Origin: a virus
Strand: one strand, 5' to 3'
IMG/VR virus record: IMGVR_UViG_3300009314_000007
Coordinates: 1 to 64,000 of that record
DNA: 64,000 bases
The notes under the pieces: generated by a model
What the model was told of the DNA's origin: nothing
Databases searched by the model: none
The model's input: the letters and a program-made list of their open reading frames with translations, nothing else
Shown here: piece by piece, positions 8,764-18,547 of the stretch
Layout of the letters: each line of letters starts with the position of its first letter
Numbering within the stretch: the first letter of the stretch is position 1
Made by a program: the position numbers and the translations under genes

Positions 8764-10730
8764 AATTCAAGCGAGCCCCCGGAGACTGTTTGTTATTGAC
8801 AGCACTCGTCCGCGATCTCAAGACGACGTACGGTAATCGCTATCAGGTGGACGTTCGCACACAGTTTCCCGCAATCTGGCGGCACAACGATCATCTTACC
8901 AAATTAGATCAGTATGATCCAGAGGTCATGTGGATGAACTTTGGTGATCGGAAAAACGCGGTGGACATCACCGGGTTGGAAAGCAGTCAGAAAGGTGTTC
9001 GGCGGCACTACCTGACCTACTTCCACCAGGAGTTCGAGCGGAGAACCGGCATCCACGTACCGGTGCTGCATCCGCGAGCGGATCTCTACTTGAGCGAGGA
9101 GGAGAAAGCTCACCCGCGTATTTCCGGTCGATACTGGGTCATCGTTCCCGGCGGCAAGACCGACATCTCCAACAAGTGGTGGCACCATCATCGGTATCAG
9201 GAGGTCGTGGATCAGCTTCGACTCTGGGGCGTACGCTTCGTGCAGGAGGGGGCGACCAAGAATCTTTGCCACCATCCCGCCTTGGACAACTCTCTGAGCA
9301 TGGTGGGCTTGACCAGCATCCGTGATATGATCGTTAATATCCACCATGCGGAGGGCGTGGTCTGCGGAGTGACGTTCCAGATGCACATCGCCGGGGCCCT
9401 GGAAAAGCCCTGCGTCGTGATTGGAGGCGGCCGAGAAGAGCCCTGGTACGAGGAGTATTCCAACGCCTTCAACAACTTCGGCGACAAGGCCTCTCCAGTC
9501 AACGTGCCCCACCGATTCCTGCACACACTTGGAATGCTGGGTTGCTGCAAGAAACGAGGATGCTGGAAGAGAAGAGTGCAGCGAATTGGTGATGGTCGTG
9601 GCGATTACGACAAGAGCCTGTGCAGTCTGCCTTGCAAGGGAGAAGAAGGGCAAGCGGCCGTACCCACGTGCCTGGACATGATCACGACGGACCACGTAAC
9701 TGAAGCCCTGATGAGCTATTACGAGGACAGGACATTGAAACCCATTGGCACTCCTACTGGCAAGTACCGGCAGCCACCGCCGACCGCTGTTACGGAGATC
9801 GTTCCGACCGTAGCTACTCCGGTTGAACGAGAAGCTCTGTACAATCCGCCCGCACAGCGTCCCGTTGCAGAGCCTGAGGTTATTCGGCCTACCGAGCGGA
9901 TCTCGACGGGGCAGGCTGATCCGCCAGGAGGTAATGGTCGCCGACCGACACCGGCCGCAAAGAATCCCACGGTCATCCCGACCGATGCCTGGGATAGTCC
10001 CTCGGTGGGCGGCAGGATCACTCTTGGTCTTTTGATGTTCGGTGACGATCACAAACTCCATCGGAGGTTGTTCCATTCTGTCTGTCGGACGGTCTCTCCG
10101 GACCGAGTGGAGTTGCGCATCGCGTGCAACCAGGTGCCGCTCGACACGACCAATATGCTTAACACGTTCCCGACTCGCAAGATCTACAAGGACAGCGGTC
10201 AGCGGCGCAAGGCCCAGGCGATGCGGGACATTTTCTACGATCAGGATGATCCCATCGACACGCGGTGGGTGGTGTGGCTCGACGACATCGCGTTTGCAAA
10301 AGACCCTACCTGGCTTAACTGCTTGGTGGAGGCCATCTCCAATCAGAAGCCCGGCGACGACGTGGGGCTGGTTGGATTGAAGGTGCGGTACGAGCTGGCT
10401 GGTCGTCGTGGTCGGGACCCTCGGGACTGGTTTGGAAGGGCCGCATGGTTTGCAGGCAAGGACTTCCGGAACAAGCTCGGCCGGAACGCGCCCAATGGCG
10501 ATCAAATTCACCTGGTCCACGGCAATTTCTTTGCGATCAGTCGTCGGTTGCTTCAGGCAACCACAATTCCCGACGAGCGGATCAGCCAGAGTGGCACCGC
10601 AATTTGTATCGGGGAGCAGGCTCATCAGCTTGGCTTCCGCACGAAGCAGTTCAACACGGACTATCAGTATGTCCAGGTGACGCACACCAAAGTCAAGAGG
10701 GGCTTACACGAGAAGTACCCTTGGGAGTAG
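8736..10730 (+). CDS. Two-domain glycosyltransferase: GT9 (heptosyltransferase-like) plus GT-A/GT2-like domain
   Basis: APGDCLLLTALVRDLK, PGGK..KWW, HIAGALEKPCVVI are GT9-type motifs; C-terminal WVVWLDD DxD-like motif. Confidence 0.75.
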   Translation: MPRPSKFVIEFKRAPGDCLLLTALVRDLKTTYGNRYQVDVRTQFPAIWRHNDHLTKLDQYDPEVMWMNFGDRKNAVDITGLESSQKGVRRHYLTYFHQEFERRTGIHVPVLHPRADLYLSEEEKAHPRISGRYWVIVPGGKTDISNKWWHHHRYQEVVDQLRLWGVRFVQEGATKNLCHHPALDNSLSMVGLTSIRDMIVNIHHAEGVVCGVTFQMHIAGALEKPCVVIGGGREEPWYEEYSNAFNNFGDKASPVNVPHRFLHTLGMLGCCKKRGCWKRRVQRIGDGRGDYDKSLCSLPCKGEEGQAAVPTCLDMITTDHVTEALMSYYEDRTLKPIGTPTGKYRQPPPTAVTEIVPTVATPVEREALYNPPAQRPVAEPEVIRPTERISTGQADPPGGNGRRPTPAAKNPTVIPTDAWDSPSVGGRITLGLLMFGDDHKLHRRLFHSVCRTVSPDRVELRIACNQVPLDTTNMLNTFPTRKIYKDSGQRRKAQAMRDIFYDQDDPIDTRWVVWLDDIAFAKDPTWLNCLVEAISNQKPGDDVGLVGLKVRYELAGRRGRDPRDWFGRAAWFAGKDFRNKLGRNAPNGDQIHLVHGNFFAISRRLLQATTIPDERISQSGTAICIGEQAHQLGFRTKQFNTDYQYVQVTHTKVKRGLHEKYPWE

Positions 10731-10824
10731 AGGCAAAGCTGGGGTAGGCTCTGGCCGGGTTTGCGCGGTATTATAGAGCAAGTGAGGCGAGCAGGAATCT
10801 GCGATTCGAGCAAGGAGGCGCACG

Positions 10825-11271
10825 ATGGCCCGAGGTATTTCAATAACACGAGACTCGCAATTGCGAGCCTTCGTGCAGAACCGCGGTGATGCGTTCCGGC
10901 TTCGAGTGACGGCACATGACGCCGAAACAATGCCGGTCCAGATCTTCGTCCACGAAAAGCGGCTAATCAATCCCTACACGGGGGACACCGTTGACGATTT
11001 CACGCACATCGCGTCACCGCTTGATCTGCTGCTGTACCCGGTTGGCGCGCCGGATGCTACACAGTTCCCAGCCTTTTTCCGGAAAGCGGTTGTGGATTTT
11101 CTGGTTCCGAGCCAAGCCGCCGCCGCGTATTCCTGGGAAGCGATCCAAGAACAAGTGTGTTTACTGGTAGACGCCCTAGACGCTTTGGACGTACTCAGCG
11201 AGATTGAGACCACTCGGTGCGGGGGCGATCTGGAGGAGTCAGAATCCGCAAGTGAATCGGAGTCAGCGTAA
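10825..11271 (+). CDS. Hypothetical protein
   Basis: aaggagg RBS; Ser/Glu-rich tail. Confidence 0.75.
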   Translation: MARGISITRDSQLRAFVQNRGDAFRLRVTAHDAETMPVQIFVHEKRLINPYTGDTVDDFTHIASPLDLLLYPVGAPDATQFPAFFRKAVVDFLVPSQAAAAYSWEAIQEQVCLLVDALDALDVLSEIETTRCGGDLEESESASESESA

Positions 11272-11618
11272 TGCCGCAGCCTAAACGAAAAGTTGTTCGA
11301 CGCCCGGCACAGAAAGTACCGGTTGGCGAGGTGGAGATCAACGACAATACTATTCGCATGATGCTTCACGACTCGCGGTTTCTCAACAACTTCCCTTTCT
11401 TGAGGCATGCCAAGCAACAGGCCGCCACTCGCAGAAAATGCGGCGGGTGCGGCGGCGCCCGGATGAAGGTGACTGGGCCCAACATCGCGACAATTCGGCG
11501 CAACTTGGCCAACATGCCCGCGGTCAAGAAGTTGAAGCTGAAGGCGCTGCTCGGGGCCAAGCAGGTTAAGATCAGATACATGAAACCTGTGGGCGGAGCC
11601 ATCGTGAAACGGTTCTAA
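11271..11618 (+). CDS. Small basic protein with CGGC motif
   Basis: Stop/start overlap with upstream gene. Confidence 0.7.
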   Translation: MPQPKRKVVRRPAQKVPVGEVEINDNTIRMMLHDSRFLNNFPFLRHAKQQAATRRKCGGCGGARMKVTGPNIATIRRNLANMPAVKKLKLKALLGAKQVKIRYMKPVGGAIVKRF

Positions 11619-11717
11619 ATGATGCGGCTTCTCGTGTCATAAAAACTTGCAAGGTATTAGGTACGGGACGAACCCGTGTCGCCTTGTTTCCCTCGTTCTT
11701 ACGAAAGGAGTGTTTCT

Positions 11718-12526
11718 ATGCCCGATCAACAGAGTATACTGGATGGGCCACTGGGCGATGTGCTTCGGCGACTACTGGGTTCTGAGCCTGATATACCGTG
11801 CGGCGATTCGGATTGTCCGGCTTGTGGCGCCGAGTCGGCCATCCGGACAGGTCAGATGGCTCGGCGAGCGCTGGAACTCAGCTACCCGGAACTGGCCAAA
11901 AAGCTCAGGTACAATGGAAGGTGGGCCGGGCTCTCCCTTGTCTCGCCGCTCGACGAAGGCGAGCGGTACCGCGTTCTCGTTACGACCGGCAAGGTCGCGA
12001 AGACAACGAGGAGATCTCCGTGCCGCTCGCGCAGGTGGCGATGGTTGTGGCGGCTCTGCTCGCCCCGTCCGGGAAGCCACTTGCGGTTCGGGTGAGCTAT
12101 CCCAGCGCCGAGTGGGTGCGGATTTCCAGCAATCTGGAACTCCAGCCAGTGGGTATGCTGAACCTGGAGACCGCGAAGGCGGCCGACAAGCTGTCCGAAG
12201 GCATGAAGAATTTCGCGCTGACCGTGCTCGAAATCCCGGGGGTGGAACGGGCGGTGTTCGAGCGATACACCGTGTCGATGTGTGTTGCCTCTTTCCGCGC
12301 CCCGAAGGATGTGGGGCGGGAGCTACTCCGGATAATCGGCACGAAGCTCGACCGCAACATCCAAGTGCAGGTGGATGATGATCCCCCTGCCGCTTCGGCG
12401 GAAACCGCCGCGGAGCCGCACAACGAGGAAACGGACGAAGAGGAGCTGGAACACGACTCCGATGCGGAGGGCGAGAGTAAGGCGGCAGGGGAACCCGCGA
12501 CTCGCGCCGAGGCGCCGCTCCCCTAG
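11718..12526 (+). pseudogene. Frameshifted gene (or sequencing error) with C-terminal Nfu_N-like domain
   Basis: aaggag RBS then ATG 11718; coding sense switches by -1 near 11990; FALTVLEIPGVERAVF resembles the Nfu/NifU N-terminal domain. Confidence 0.5.
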
Positions 12527-12552
12527 TCTTTTCTCCGATGTTCTTTCACACG

Positions 12553-12587
12553 AGCCCCGGCTGGGTAACCCCCAGTCGGGGTTTTTT
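12553..12587 (+). terminator. Rho-independent terminator
   Basis: ccccggctggg / cccagtcgggg stem followed by T tracts. Confidence 0.85.
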
Positions 12588-12640
12588 CGTTTTTTGATGA
12601 AAGGCACGTTGGCCTTTCACGTATAGAAAGGAGGAGACCG

Positions 12641-12952
12641 TTGACTGGGGCGCAAATCTGGGGGACCCTTTTCCGGGAAGCCCCCGGCTACAACATGGAT
12701 AGTGACTACCTCGTCGAGCAGGGCTGCCTGCTGGGGCTTGACGACGAGAATAGGCTCTCGCAGCTATGGAAAATTTGCGAAGAGCATGCGGAATCCGTAT
12801 TCGATCTCTTTGAAGCGTTCGAGTTCGGTGTGATCAATCGACAGCAGGTCGAGGAGGTGCTTACCGGTAGGCTTCCAATCGAAAGAGTTCGGCTCTTTTT
12901 GACCCAGTACCGGCAACAAACGGCTGATGCGTTGGAGACATCGGCTACTTAA
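12641..12952 (+). CDS. Hypothetical protein
   Basis: TTG start with aggagg RBS. Confidence 0.65.
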   Translation: MTGAQIWGTLFREAPGYNMDSDYLVEQGCLLGLDDENRLSQLWKICEEHAESVFDLFEAFEFGVINRQQVEEVLTGRLPIERVRLFLTQYRQQTADALETSAT

Positions 12953-12983
12953 CCTCGTTCTAACACGGAAGGACCCTCCCGCG

Positions 12984-13199
12984 ATGACCCCCCAACAATT
13001 ACAGCAGCAAGTTGCAATTCAGACCGGCGAAGACCTCGATTTTGTTCGAGGCCAGGGTTTTGATCTGCTCAAACCCGACCAGCCGCTCCCCTCGGCCGAG
13101 TCGCTGATCGCCAGTTGGAAGGAAAAAGAGTGGGGACCGCCACCCGAAGAGTCCGTATCGGCTCTTCCTGAAAAGCGACCTTCTTTGGTCCTGATTTGA
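12984..13199 (+). CDS. Hypothetical protein
   Basis: MTPQQLQQQVAIQTGE..., aagga RBS. Confidence 0.6.
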   Translation: MTPQQLQQQVAIQTGEDLDFVRGQGFDLLKPDQPLPSAESLIASWKEKEWGPPPEESVSALPEKRPSLVLI

Positions 13200-13303
13200 G
13201 CTAAATCGAGGCAATTTCTGCGTCACAATATGATGCTGGACAAGTCTATCATCCAGTATCTCGTTTTCTCGTTCCCATCGTCCTCAAAAATGAAGGAGAA
13301 GTC

Positions 13304-13789
13304 ATGTCCGAAGGTGCTGTAGATGCCGGAGATTTGGCCGCGGCCTCGACCCCGTTAGTGTCTACCAGCGAGCAAGAAGCGCCTGTCGAAAACAGGCGTT
13401 CGTTGGTCAGTTCCGCGAGAATCTGGGCCCACTCGCAGTGGAAATCCCGCGTTAGCCCCGTCGCGAGACGGCAGCGGGAGGTCGCGAGCAGGCATTTCGC
13501 TCGGGGCCGCAACTGGTCCCGGAGGCTCACCCTCTGGGTCCCTGGCGCCGCCATGGCCGCCGTGCTGACGGCCAGCGGCTTTTTGTTCGAGGGTTGGGAG
13601 TTGATGGCGCTCCTCGGTTTCTTGGTTAGCTTGATTGGCTGGTCGGGGATTGGGGGCGGCCTGATGATCCTGGCTCTCACCAGCGTGCTGCTTCGCCACA
13701 CATCCCAGTCTCGCCGCTCGCGGCAGGCCAGGGACGAAGGCATCAGCTACGAGGAGCCCGAAGACAGCGACGGTGAGGGCTACTGGTAG
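13304..13789 (+). CDS. Membrane protein
   Basis: aaggag RBS; two to three hydrophobic segments. Confidence 0.7.
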   Translation: MSEGAVDAGDLAAASTPLVSTSEQEAPVENRRSLVSSARIWAHSQWKSRVSPVARRQREVASRHFARGRNWSRRLTLWVPGAAMAAVLTASGFLFEGWELMALLGFLVSLIGWSGIGGGLMILALTSVLLRHTSQSRRSRQARDEGISYEEPEDSDGEGYW

Positions 13790-13816
13790 TGCGCTCGAAA
13801 CAGAACGAGGGGAAGT

Positions 13817-14293
13817 GCCCGGTTCCGTGCCGATCTTTGGCATCTTCACGGCATGGAACCGGGCCAACCTCTCACACACCAGGGCGCAATCCCGATGATA
13901 GTGATTTCAAGGGTGAGGCCAAGAGTACGGGTAGTGCATGGAATGCGGGGCGAGAAGGGTCCCGCCGTACTGCTTTCTTGGTTTTTCTGACACGAAGGCG
14001 GTCCGAACGGAATGTGACGGGTCGCTGCTTTCTCAAGGTTTTTATAGCCTGGGGGCCTCTCCCCCGTTGTACCATCGAACTCCAGTCGAATGTCTCTCTC
14101 CCGGAAAGGAGGACAACTCCCATACGGGAGGAAGTTTACAGGGAGAATACGAGACCGTTCGAGAGTAACCGACGAAGTACGACAGTCAACCCATACATTA
14201 CTACTATCGGGTTTGCGCCCCGGACACTCGCCCATTGGCGAGGACCAAAGCGCGGTAGTTCATAGAACTACCGTGCTGGTCCTTGCCAATGGG
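13817..14293 (+). ncRNA. Candidate large structured non-coding RNA of unknown family
   Basis: 565-bp intergenic gap; long-range stem 13882-13916 with 14186-14220 and flanking hairpins 13817-13864 and 14231-14293, with G-U pairs on the + strand. Confidence 0.55.
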
Positions 14294-14353
14294 TTCTTAC
14301 TTCCCTTTTGTTTAGGCCCTGGGGAACTTAGCTTTAGCTATTGGGAGAAACAC

Positions 14354-14869
14354 ATGACTCGGAAACAGAGAGAAGACCAGCTCGTGATCGGCGATAGCCC
14401 TTCCGGGATGCCGCCACCTAATCACCTCGTGCCACTGGATGAGTACGATGACGAGGAGCTGGGACTGCATTTGAAGTGGCCCTTGGCCTCTCTTCTGCAC
14501 GACAGCGTCGATCACGGGCAGGAGCTGGGCGTGTTCGTGGACACCGCGAAGCATAAGACCGGGGGGCGGTACGAGTGGCAGGATCACCCGCCGACCTGGA
14601 TGGACCCGCATGTCTTTGCCGACATGGTCATGGCCGACGAGCGAGTTCAGAAGATCTTGCGAGTGGCAATGAAGAAGGACGATCCGAATGCCTGGAAGAG
14701 AATCCTGGGGCTGATTGACGACATTTTCGATTCGCAGTACCTGCCGTACGTGATGAAGAAGTTCGAGAAGGCGGCGCCGCTGCTGTCGCGCTGGGTGCTG
14801 CTCTGTCATGCGTACCGAGAAACTGACCCAGGTAAGAAGTCGAAGAAGAAGACTAGGCGAACAAGGTAG
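14354..14869 (+). CDS. Hypothetical protein
   Basis: gggag RBS before ATG 14354. Confidence 0.75.
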   Translation: MTRKQREDQLVIGDSPSGMPPPNHLVPLDEYDDEELGLHLKWPLASLLHDSVDHGQELGVFVDTAKHKTGGRYEWQDHPPTWMDPHVFADMVMADERVQKILRVAMKKDDPNAWKRILGLIDDIFDSQYLPYVMKKFEKAAPLLSRWVLLCHAYRETDPGKKSKKKTRRTR

Positions 14870-14928
14870 TCCCTGTTAGACTAGCGGAACGTAACCACGT
14901 TCCTCTATTCTGCAAGGGAGAAACCCCG

Positions 14929-15234
14929 ATGGCTTTGGCAGTTGTAGGCATGGAGAATATCAGCGGAAAGGCCACTGTCGTTGTCGAGAGTGACAAGGAT
15001 GGTAAGACCGCGCAAACCTCGTTTAGTCTGGCAATCACGGAATTGCAAGGCGCAGAGGCTCGCAATATGGCCGTTCAGTACGCCACTCAGACTGGCGGCG
15101 TTTCCAACGCGAGAGTGGAGTTCCCAGGGGCTCCATACCCCGTTGATGACAAAGGCAACACGATTGGCGACCCGCAGGGTCAAACGATCCATCGCTATCG
15201 TGTAGACATTCCCGTTACGCAAGGACTTCGTTAG
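14929..15234 (+). CDS. Hypothetical protein
   Basis: gggag RBS, 101 aa. Confidence 0.75.
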   Translation: MALAVVGMENISGKATVVVESDKDGKTAQTSFSLAITELQGAEARNMAVQYATQTGGVSNARVEFPGAPYPVDDKGNTIGDPQGQTIHRYRVDIPVTQGLR

Positions 15235-15764
15235 TGCCCTTACTACCGCCGTTTACTTTTGAGAACGTCGTGGCGGCTCTGAATTATCCGCCCGATGAGG
15301 GTCGTATGATCCTTCGAGAAGTCTGTGGTGTGTCCAAGCCGGACGGCGCCACGTTAGGAGAAATGGAGATTGTGCTCCTGGCCTTGTATCTGTTCGTCCT
15401 GAGGAAGGTGACGCCCGAGTCGCTCACCGCGTTTCGGATTTGCCAGCAAGTGCGGCAATCCGGCGATCTGGTGAAGCGACTACGTGCAATCAGGGTCGCG
15501 TACGAGAAAGGCCAGGGAAACGCCAAGATACACGATGCGCTGGTGCTTGTTTACGAGGACCGCTTTGCTAGGTGGTTCGGCGGTGACAAGTTCTACGATC
15601 TCGCAACAGGGGAGATGGTGGGAACTCTTGAGCAGCCGCCCGCGCACTACGTAGCTTGGGACGCCGCAACCATGTTGGTGCGGATTCTTCGAGCTATGGA
15701 GGAAGGAGCGAAGCAGGATGCCAAGCCGACAGCAACGAGTTCGAGATCTCCTGACCAGTCGTGA
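15234..15764 (+). CDS. Hypothetical protein
   Basis: Coupled to upstream stop. Confidence 0.7.
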   Translation: MPLLPPFTFENVVAALNYPPDEGRMILREVCGVSKPDGATLGEMEIVLLALYLFVLRKVTPESLTAFRICQQVRQSGDLVKRLRAIRVAYEKGQGNAKIHDALVLVYEDRFARWFGGDKFYDLATGEMVGTLEQPPAHYVAWDAATMLVRILRAMEEGAKQDAKPTATSSRSPDQS

Positions 15765-16404
15765 CACGTTCGCCACGACGATGCTGGTCTTGGTGATCGA
15801 CAAGTACGGCACGGAAGCCTTGCAATGGGCTCCGGAGACGATCAAGTTGGAACTGGAGGACGACTTCGCCATCGACGAGCTGTCGAAGGAGAGCTTTGAT
15901 CGCTTGATGGCCGCGATTCAGGTTGTCACGAGCGACGACTTTTACAAGCGCTTGCCGACGTTCATCTTCCTGTGCAATGTTTTGGCGGGCTCCAGTCCGG
16001 ATGCTTTCGATCCGGCCGATGCTCGTGAATGCGCCTGGGCGATGACCGAGGCCATGTTGTTGTCGCCGCCCGAGGAGAACGACGAGAACCCGTACGCGGA
16101 AGAGATTCGTTACTACCTGGGGGCTATTCTGGATGACGAAGGAATCCGAGATCCCCCGGATCTCTTGCGACTGGCTATTCGGGACACAAGTACGGGGCAT
16201 GCCGATTTCTCCGACATGTCGCTCGACGAGCCAAGCATGTTTTCCGCCGAGTTCCAGATGCAGGCGGACAAGTCTCGCGAAATCAAGGAGATGCTCCAAA
16301 CGCTACTTCGCGAACTGTTCGACCAACTCGAAGCCATCGAGCTGGTCAACGGCGATAGCAGTGAGCTACTCAAGCGTGTACAGGGAAACCTGAACGCAGC
16401 TTGA
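15718..16404 (+). CDS. Hypothetical acidic helical protein
   Basis: 228 aa, typical codon usage, followed by terminator. Confidence 0.75.
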   Translation: MPSRQQRVRDLLTSRDTFATTMLVLVIDKYGTEALQWAPETIKLELEDDFAIDELSKESFDRLMAAIQVVTSDDFYKRLPTFIFLCNVLAGSSPDAFDPADARECAWAMTEAMLLSPPEENDENPYAEEIRYYLGAILDDEGIRDPPDLLRLAIRDTSTGHADFSDMSLDEPSMFSAEFQMQADKSREIKEMLQTLLRELFDQLEAIELVNGDSSELLKRVQGNLNAA

Positions 16405-16410
16405 CCTCGC

Positions 16411-16424
16411 CAATAACGTTAGTG
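16411..16424. promoter_or_regulatory. Copy of dispersed palindrome CAATAACGTTATTG (1 mismatch)
   Basis: caataacgttagtg, intergenic. Confidence 0.65.
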
Positions 16425-16432
16425 CTAACCCC

Positions 16433-16461
16433 AGCCCGGTCCGTTGCCGGGCTTTTTCTTT
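16433..16461 (+). terminator. Rho-independent terminator
   Basis: agcccggt / gccgggct stem plus ttttcttt. Confidence 0.8.
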
Positions 16462-16475
16462 GGAGGAGCAAACGC

Positions 16476-17465
16476 ATGCAGTTTGGGCAGTACAAGTCCG
16501 CGTACATGCGAGAGAGAAAGAACTTTCCCGGCGAAGACGTAATCACGTTCTACGACACGTTGTTGCACCAAGTGCAGGAGCGAAGTGGCTCTGGGCAAAT
16601 GTCCTGGCATCACCAATCCACGGCGATTGGTGAGTGCGCTTGGCATCTTTGCGAGTCGGTCTACTACCGTATTTGGCCTGCGTACTGGGATATTCTATCC
16701 AATATCAACCTGGCGATTCCGGGCAAACATTTCCGGCTACCGTTCGCCGGGTTCGTAATTCACCTACCCGAAGGGATACTGGAAAATGCGGGTCGCCGTG
16801 CCCGGGCGATTCTGATTGCAGATCGGATCGCGGCATTCAATATGATTTGTAAAGCGGACGGGCAGCCCTTGGCAGAGGACGAGTGGCCTCGCCAGATGGT
16901 TGTTACTACGCAGTGGGACGACGACAAAGATTCGTCGCTGCTTTTGCGGTACGACAAAGAGAAGACCCTGGAGGCAACGCTACAGGGTTCTCGGCAACAC
17001 AGGTCGGAAAAAAAGGAGCTTTCTGAGGTAGAGCTGAAAGAACGATGGGGAATCAACGAAACGATCTTCCGGGTGTGCGTGGCTACGGCGTGCTTGGCTG
17101 TTGGGCAGGATAAAGTAATCAAGCCCGACGTACTGAAGAAAGATCAGGCCAAGTTCGAGAAAGCCGTTGCGGATAAAGACGAGGAGAAGCAGCAGAAATT
17201 TTGGAACAAGGCTACTCGTCGGCGAGGTCAAAAAGGATTTACGGTTGGACGAGACGCCCGTATTTCTCTTCTTCCGCGAGTTGAGAAGAACCGCAATTCC
17301 AGTGATCCCACAGGGAGGGAGTTGCAGTTTCAACACCAGCGGTGCGGTCACCTGCATGGATACCATACTAATGATGGTTACAAGATCAAGTGGATTAACC
17401 AGCTTACGGTTCGCGCGGATCTGCCGCTCGATTCTCGTGAGCGAGGATATGAAGTAAGGAGCTAA
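16476..17465 (+). CDS. Hypothetical phage protein with C-terminal HxRxGH motif
   Basis: ggagga RBS before ATG 16476; HQRCGHLH...KWI motif common in phage proteins. Confidence 0.75.
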   Translation: MQFGQYKSAYMRERKNFPGEDVITFYDTLLHQVQERSGSGQMSWHHQSTAIGECAWHLCESVYYRIWPAYWDILSNINLAIPGKHFRLPFAGFVIHLPEGILENAGRRARAILIADRIAAFNMICKADGQPLAEDEWPRQMVVTTQWDDDKDSSLLLRYDKEKTLEATLQGSRQHRSEKKELSEVELKERWGINETIFRVCVATACLAVGQDKVIKPDVLKKDQAKFEKAVADKDEEKQQKFWNKATRRRGQKGFTVGRDARISLLPRVEKNRNSSDPTGRELQFQHQRCGHLHGYHTNDGYKIKWINQLTVRADLPLDSRERGYEVRS

Positions 17466-17466
17466 C

Positions 17467-17997
17467 ATGCCCCGAGTACATTTCGTGAAGAAGGCCCGGA
17501 AGAACAATCCCGTGGCCGCCAAGGGTGAGAGCTATCACTGGTGGTGGGGACCCAAACCGTTCGGCTACGGCCGCGGCGTTAAAAAGTTCAGCAAGGCGTT
17601 CCCCAAGCCCAGTCAGCTCACAGTGAGCGAGTACATGAGCCAGTTCTACGCTCTGGAGGAAGAGTTCGCTCAACTTTCTGCTGATGATCCCCCGGAGGAT
17701 GTGGCAGACGCGCTGGACGAACTGGCTTCGCAAATGCAGGAGCTGGGTGAAGAGCAGCGGGAGAAATTCGACAACATGCCCGAGGGGTTGCAGCAGGGTG
17801 ACACCGGGCAGCTCCTGGAAGAACGGGCCAGTGCCTGCGAACAGGTGGCAAGCGAGATCGAGACGGCTGCCGAGGAGATCCACGAACTCGCACAGCGCGG
17901 GGCCTTGGACGAGGACGAGGAAGATCATTTGGAAGAGTCCACGGAGGACTGTATTCAAAACCAGCTCGCCAGTATTAGCTGGGACTCGGGAGGATAA
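17467..17997 (+). CDS. Hypothetical protein, basic N-terminus and acidic coiled coil
   Basis: aaggag RBS. Confidence 0.8.
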   Translation: MPRVHFVKKARKNNPVAAKGESYHWWWGPKPFGYGRGVKKFSKAFPKPSQLTVSEYMSQFYALEEEFAQLSADDPPEDVADALDELASQMQELGEEQREKFDNMPEGLQQGDTGQLLEERASACEQVASEIETAAEEIHELAQRGALDEDEEDHLEESTEDCIQNQLASISWDSGG

Positions 17998-17998
17998 A

Positions 17999-18547
17999 AT
18001 GAATAATCTATGCTGGCCCAAGGTTGGGGAGCGAGTCGCGTACAAGGCGACAAACGATAAGCGGAGCAAGTGGCGGCATGGGAAGATCGTGGAGATAGGG
18101 ATCAAGAGCAAGCACGGGCACCCGCTGAACATTCGCGTTCAATGGGATTCTGGGAGGGTCAAGGTGATTTCTTCTGTCGCCTCCTACAACCCCCGCGTGC
18201 TGATCTTCGTGGCGAAAGAGAACTTGCCGCCCGAGGTCCGGGAGTGGTGCGAGGAGCAAGGCACTCTCGCGGTGCGGTACGTTCCGACGACTATGGAGAT
18301 GTACACCTTCGTGGAGGGCAGCGAGCCGTACCACGAGGTCGTAATCCGGGAGCGGTCCTCGTCGCTGGCGACTTTACGATACCTGCCCGCTGTGGATCTG
18401 CCGGACGATGTCGCTGCGAAGGATTCGGATGGCACGGAGGGCGGTTTCTGGTCCAACGACAGATTCGAGCAGGTCGATTGCGAGGTTGGTATGGGCGCTG
18501 GTGATGACGCCATCGACATGCCCGAAAACTACGAACCGGAGTGGTGA
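17999..18547 (+). CDS. Hypothetical protein, SH3/Tudor-like N-terminus possible
   Basis: ggagg RBS; KVGERV...GKIVEI...RVQWD pattern. Confidence 0.65.
   Translation: MNNLCWPKVGERVAYKATNDKRSKWRHGKIVEIGIKSKHGHPLNIRVQWDSGRVKVISSVASYNPRVLIFVAKENLPPEVREWCEEQGTLAVRYVPTTMEMYTFVEGSEPYHEVVIRERSSSLATLRYLPAVDLPDDVAAKDSDGTEGGFWSNDRFEQVDCEVGMGAGDDAIDMPENYEPEW

Noticed and set aside
8904-10685. Long antisense ORFs (for example 8904-10685, 59142-60884, 60911-62212, 32059-33276)
   Set aside because: Shadow frames of well-supported genes in high-GC DNA; no motifs
13789-14353. Group II intron (GTGCG at 13789), tmRNA, RNase P or SRP RNA
   Set aside because: No domain V, no tRNA-like ends, no GAGGAAAGUCC or SRP loop motif recognised
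13789-14353. ORFs 13789-14265 and the 5' extension 14090-14353
   Set aside because: No RBS, atypical composition, overlap strong RNA-like stems; a good RBS precedes ATG 14354
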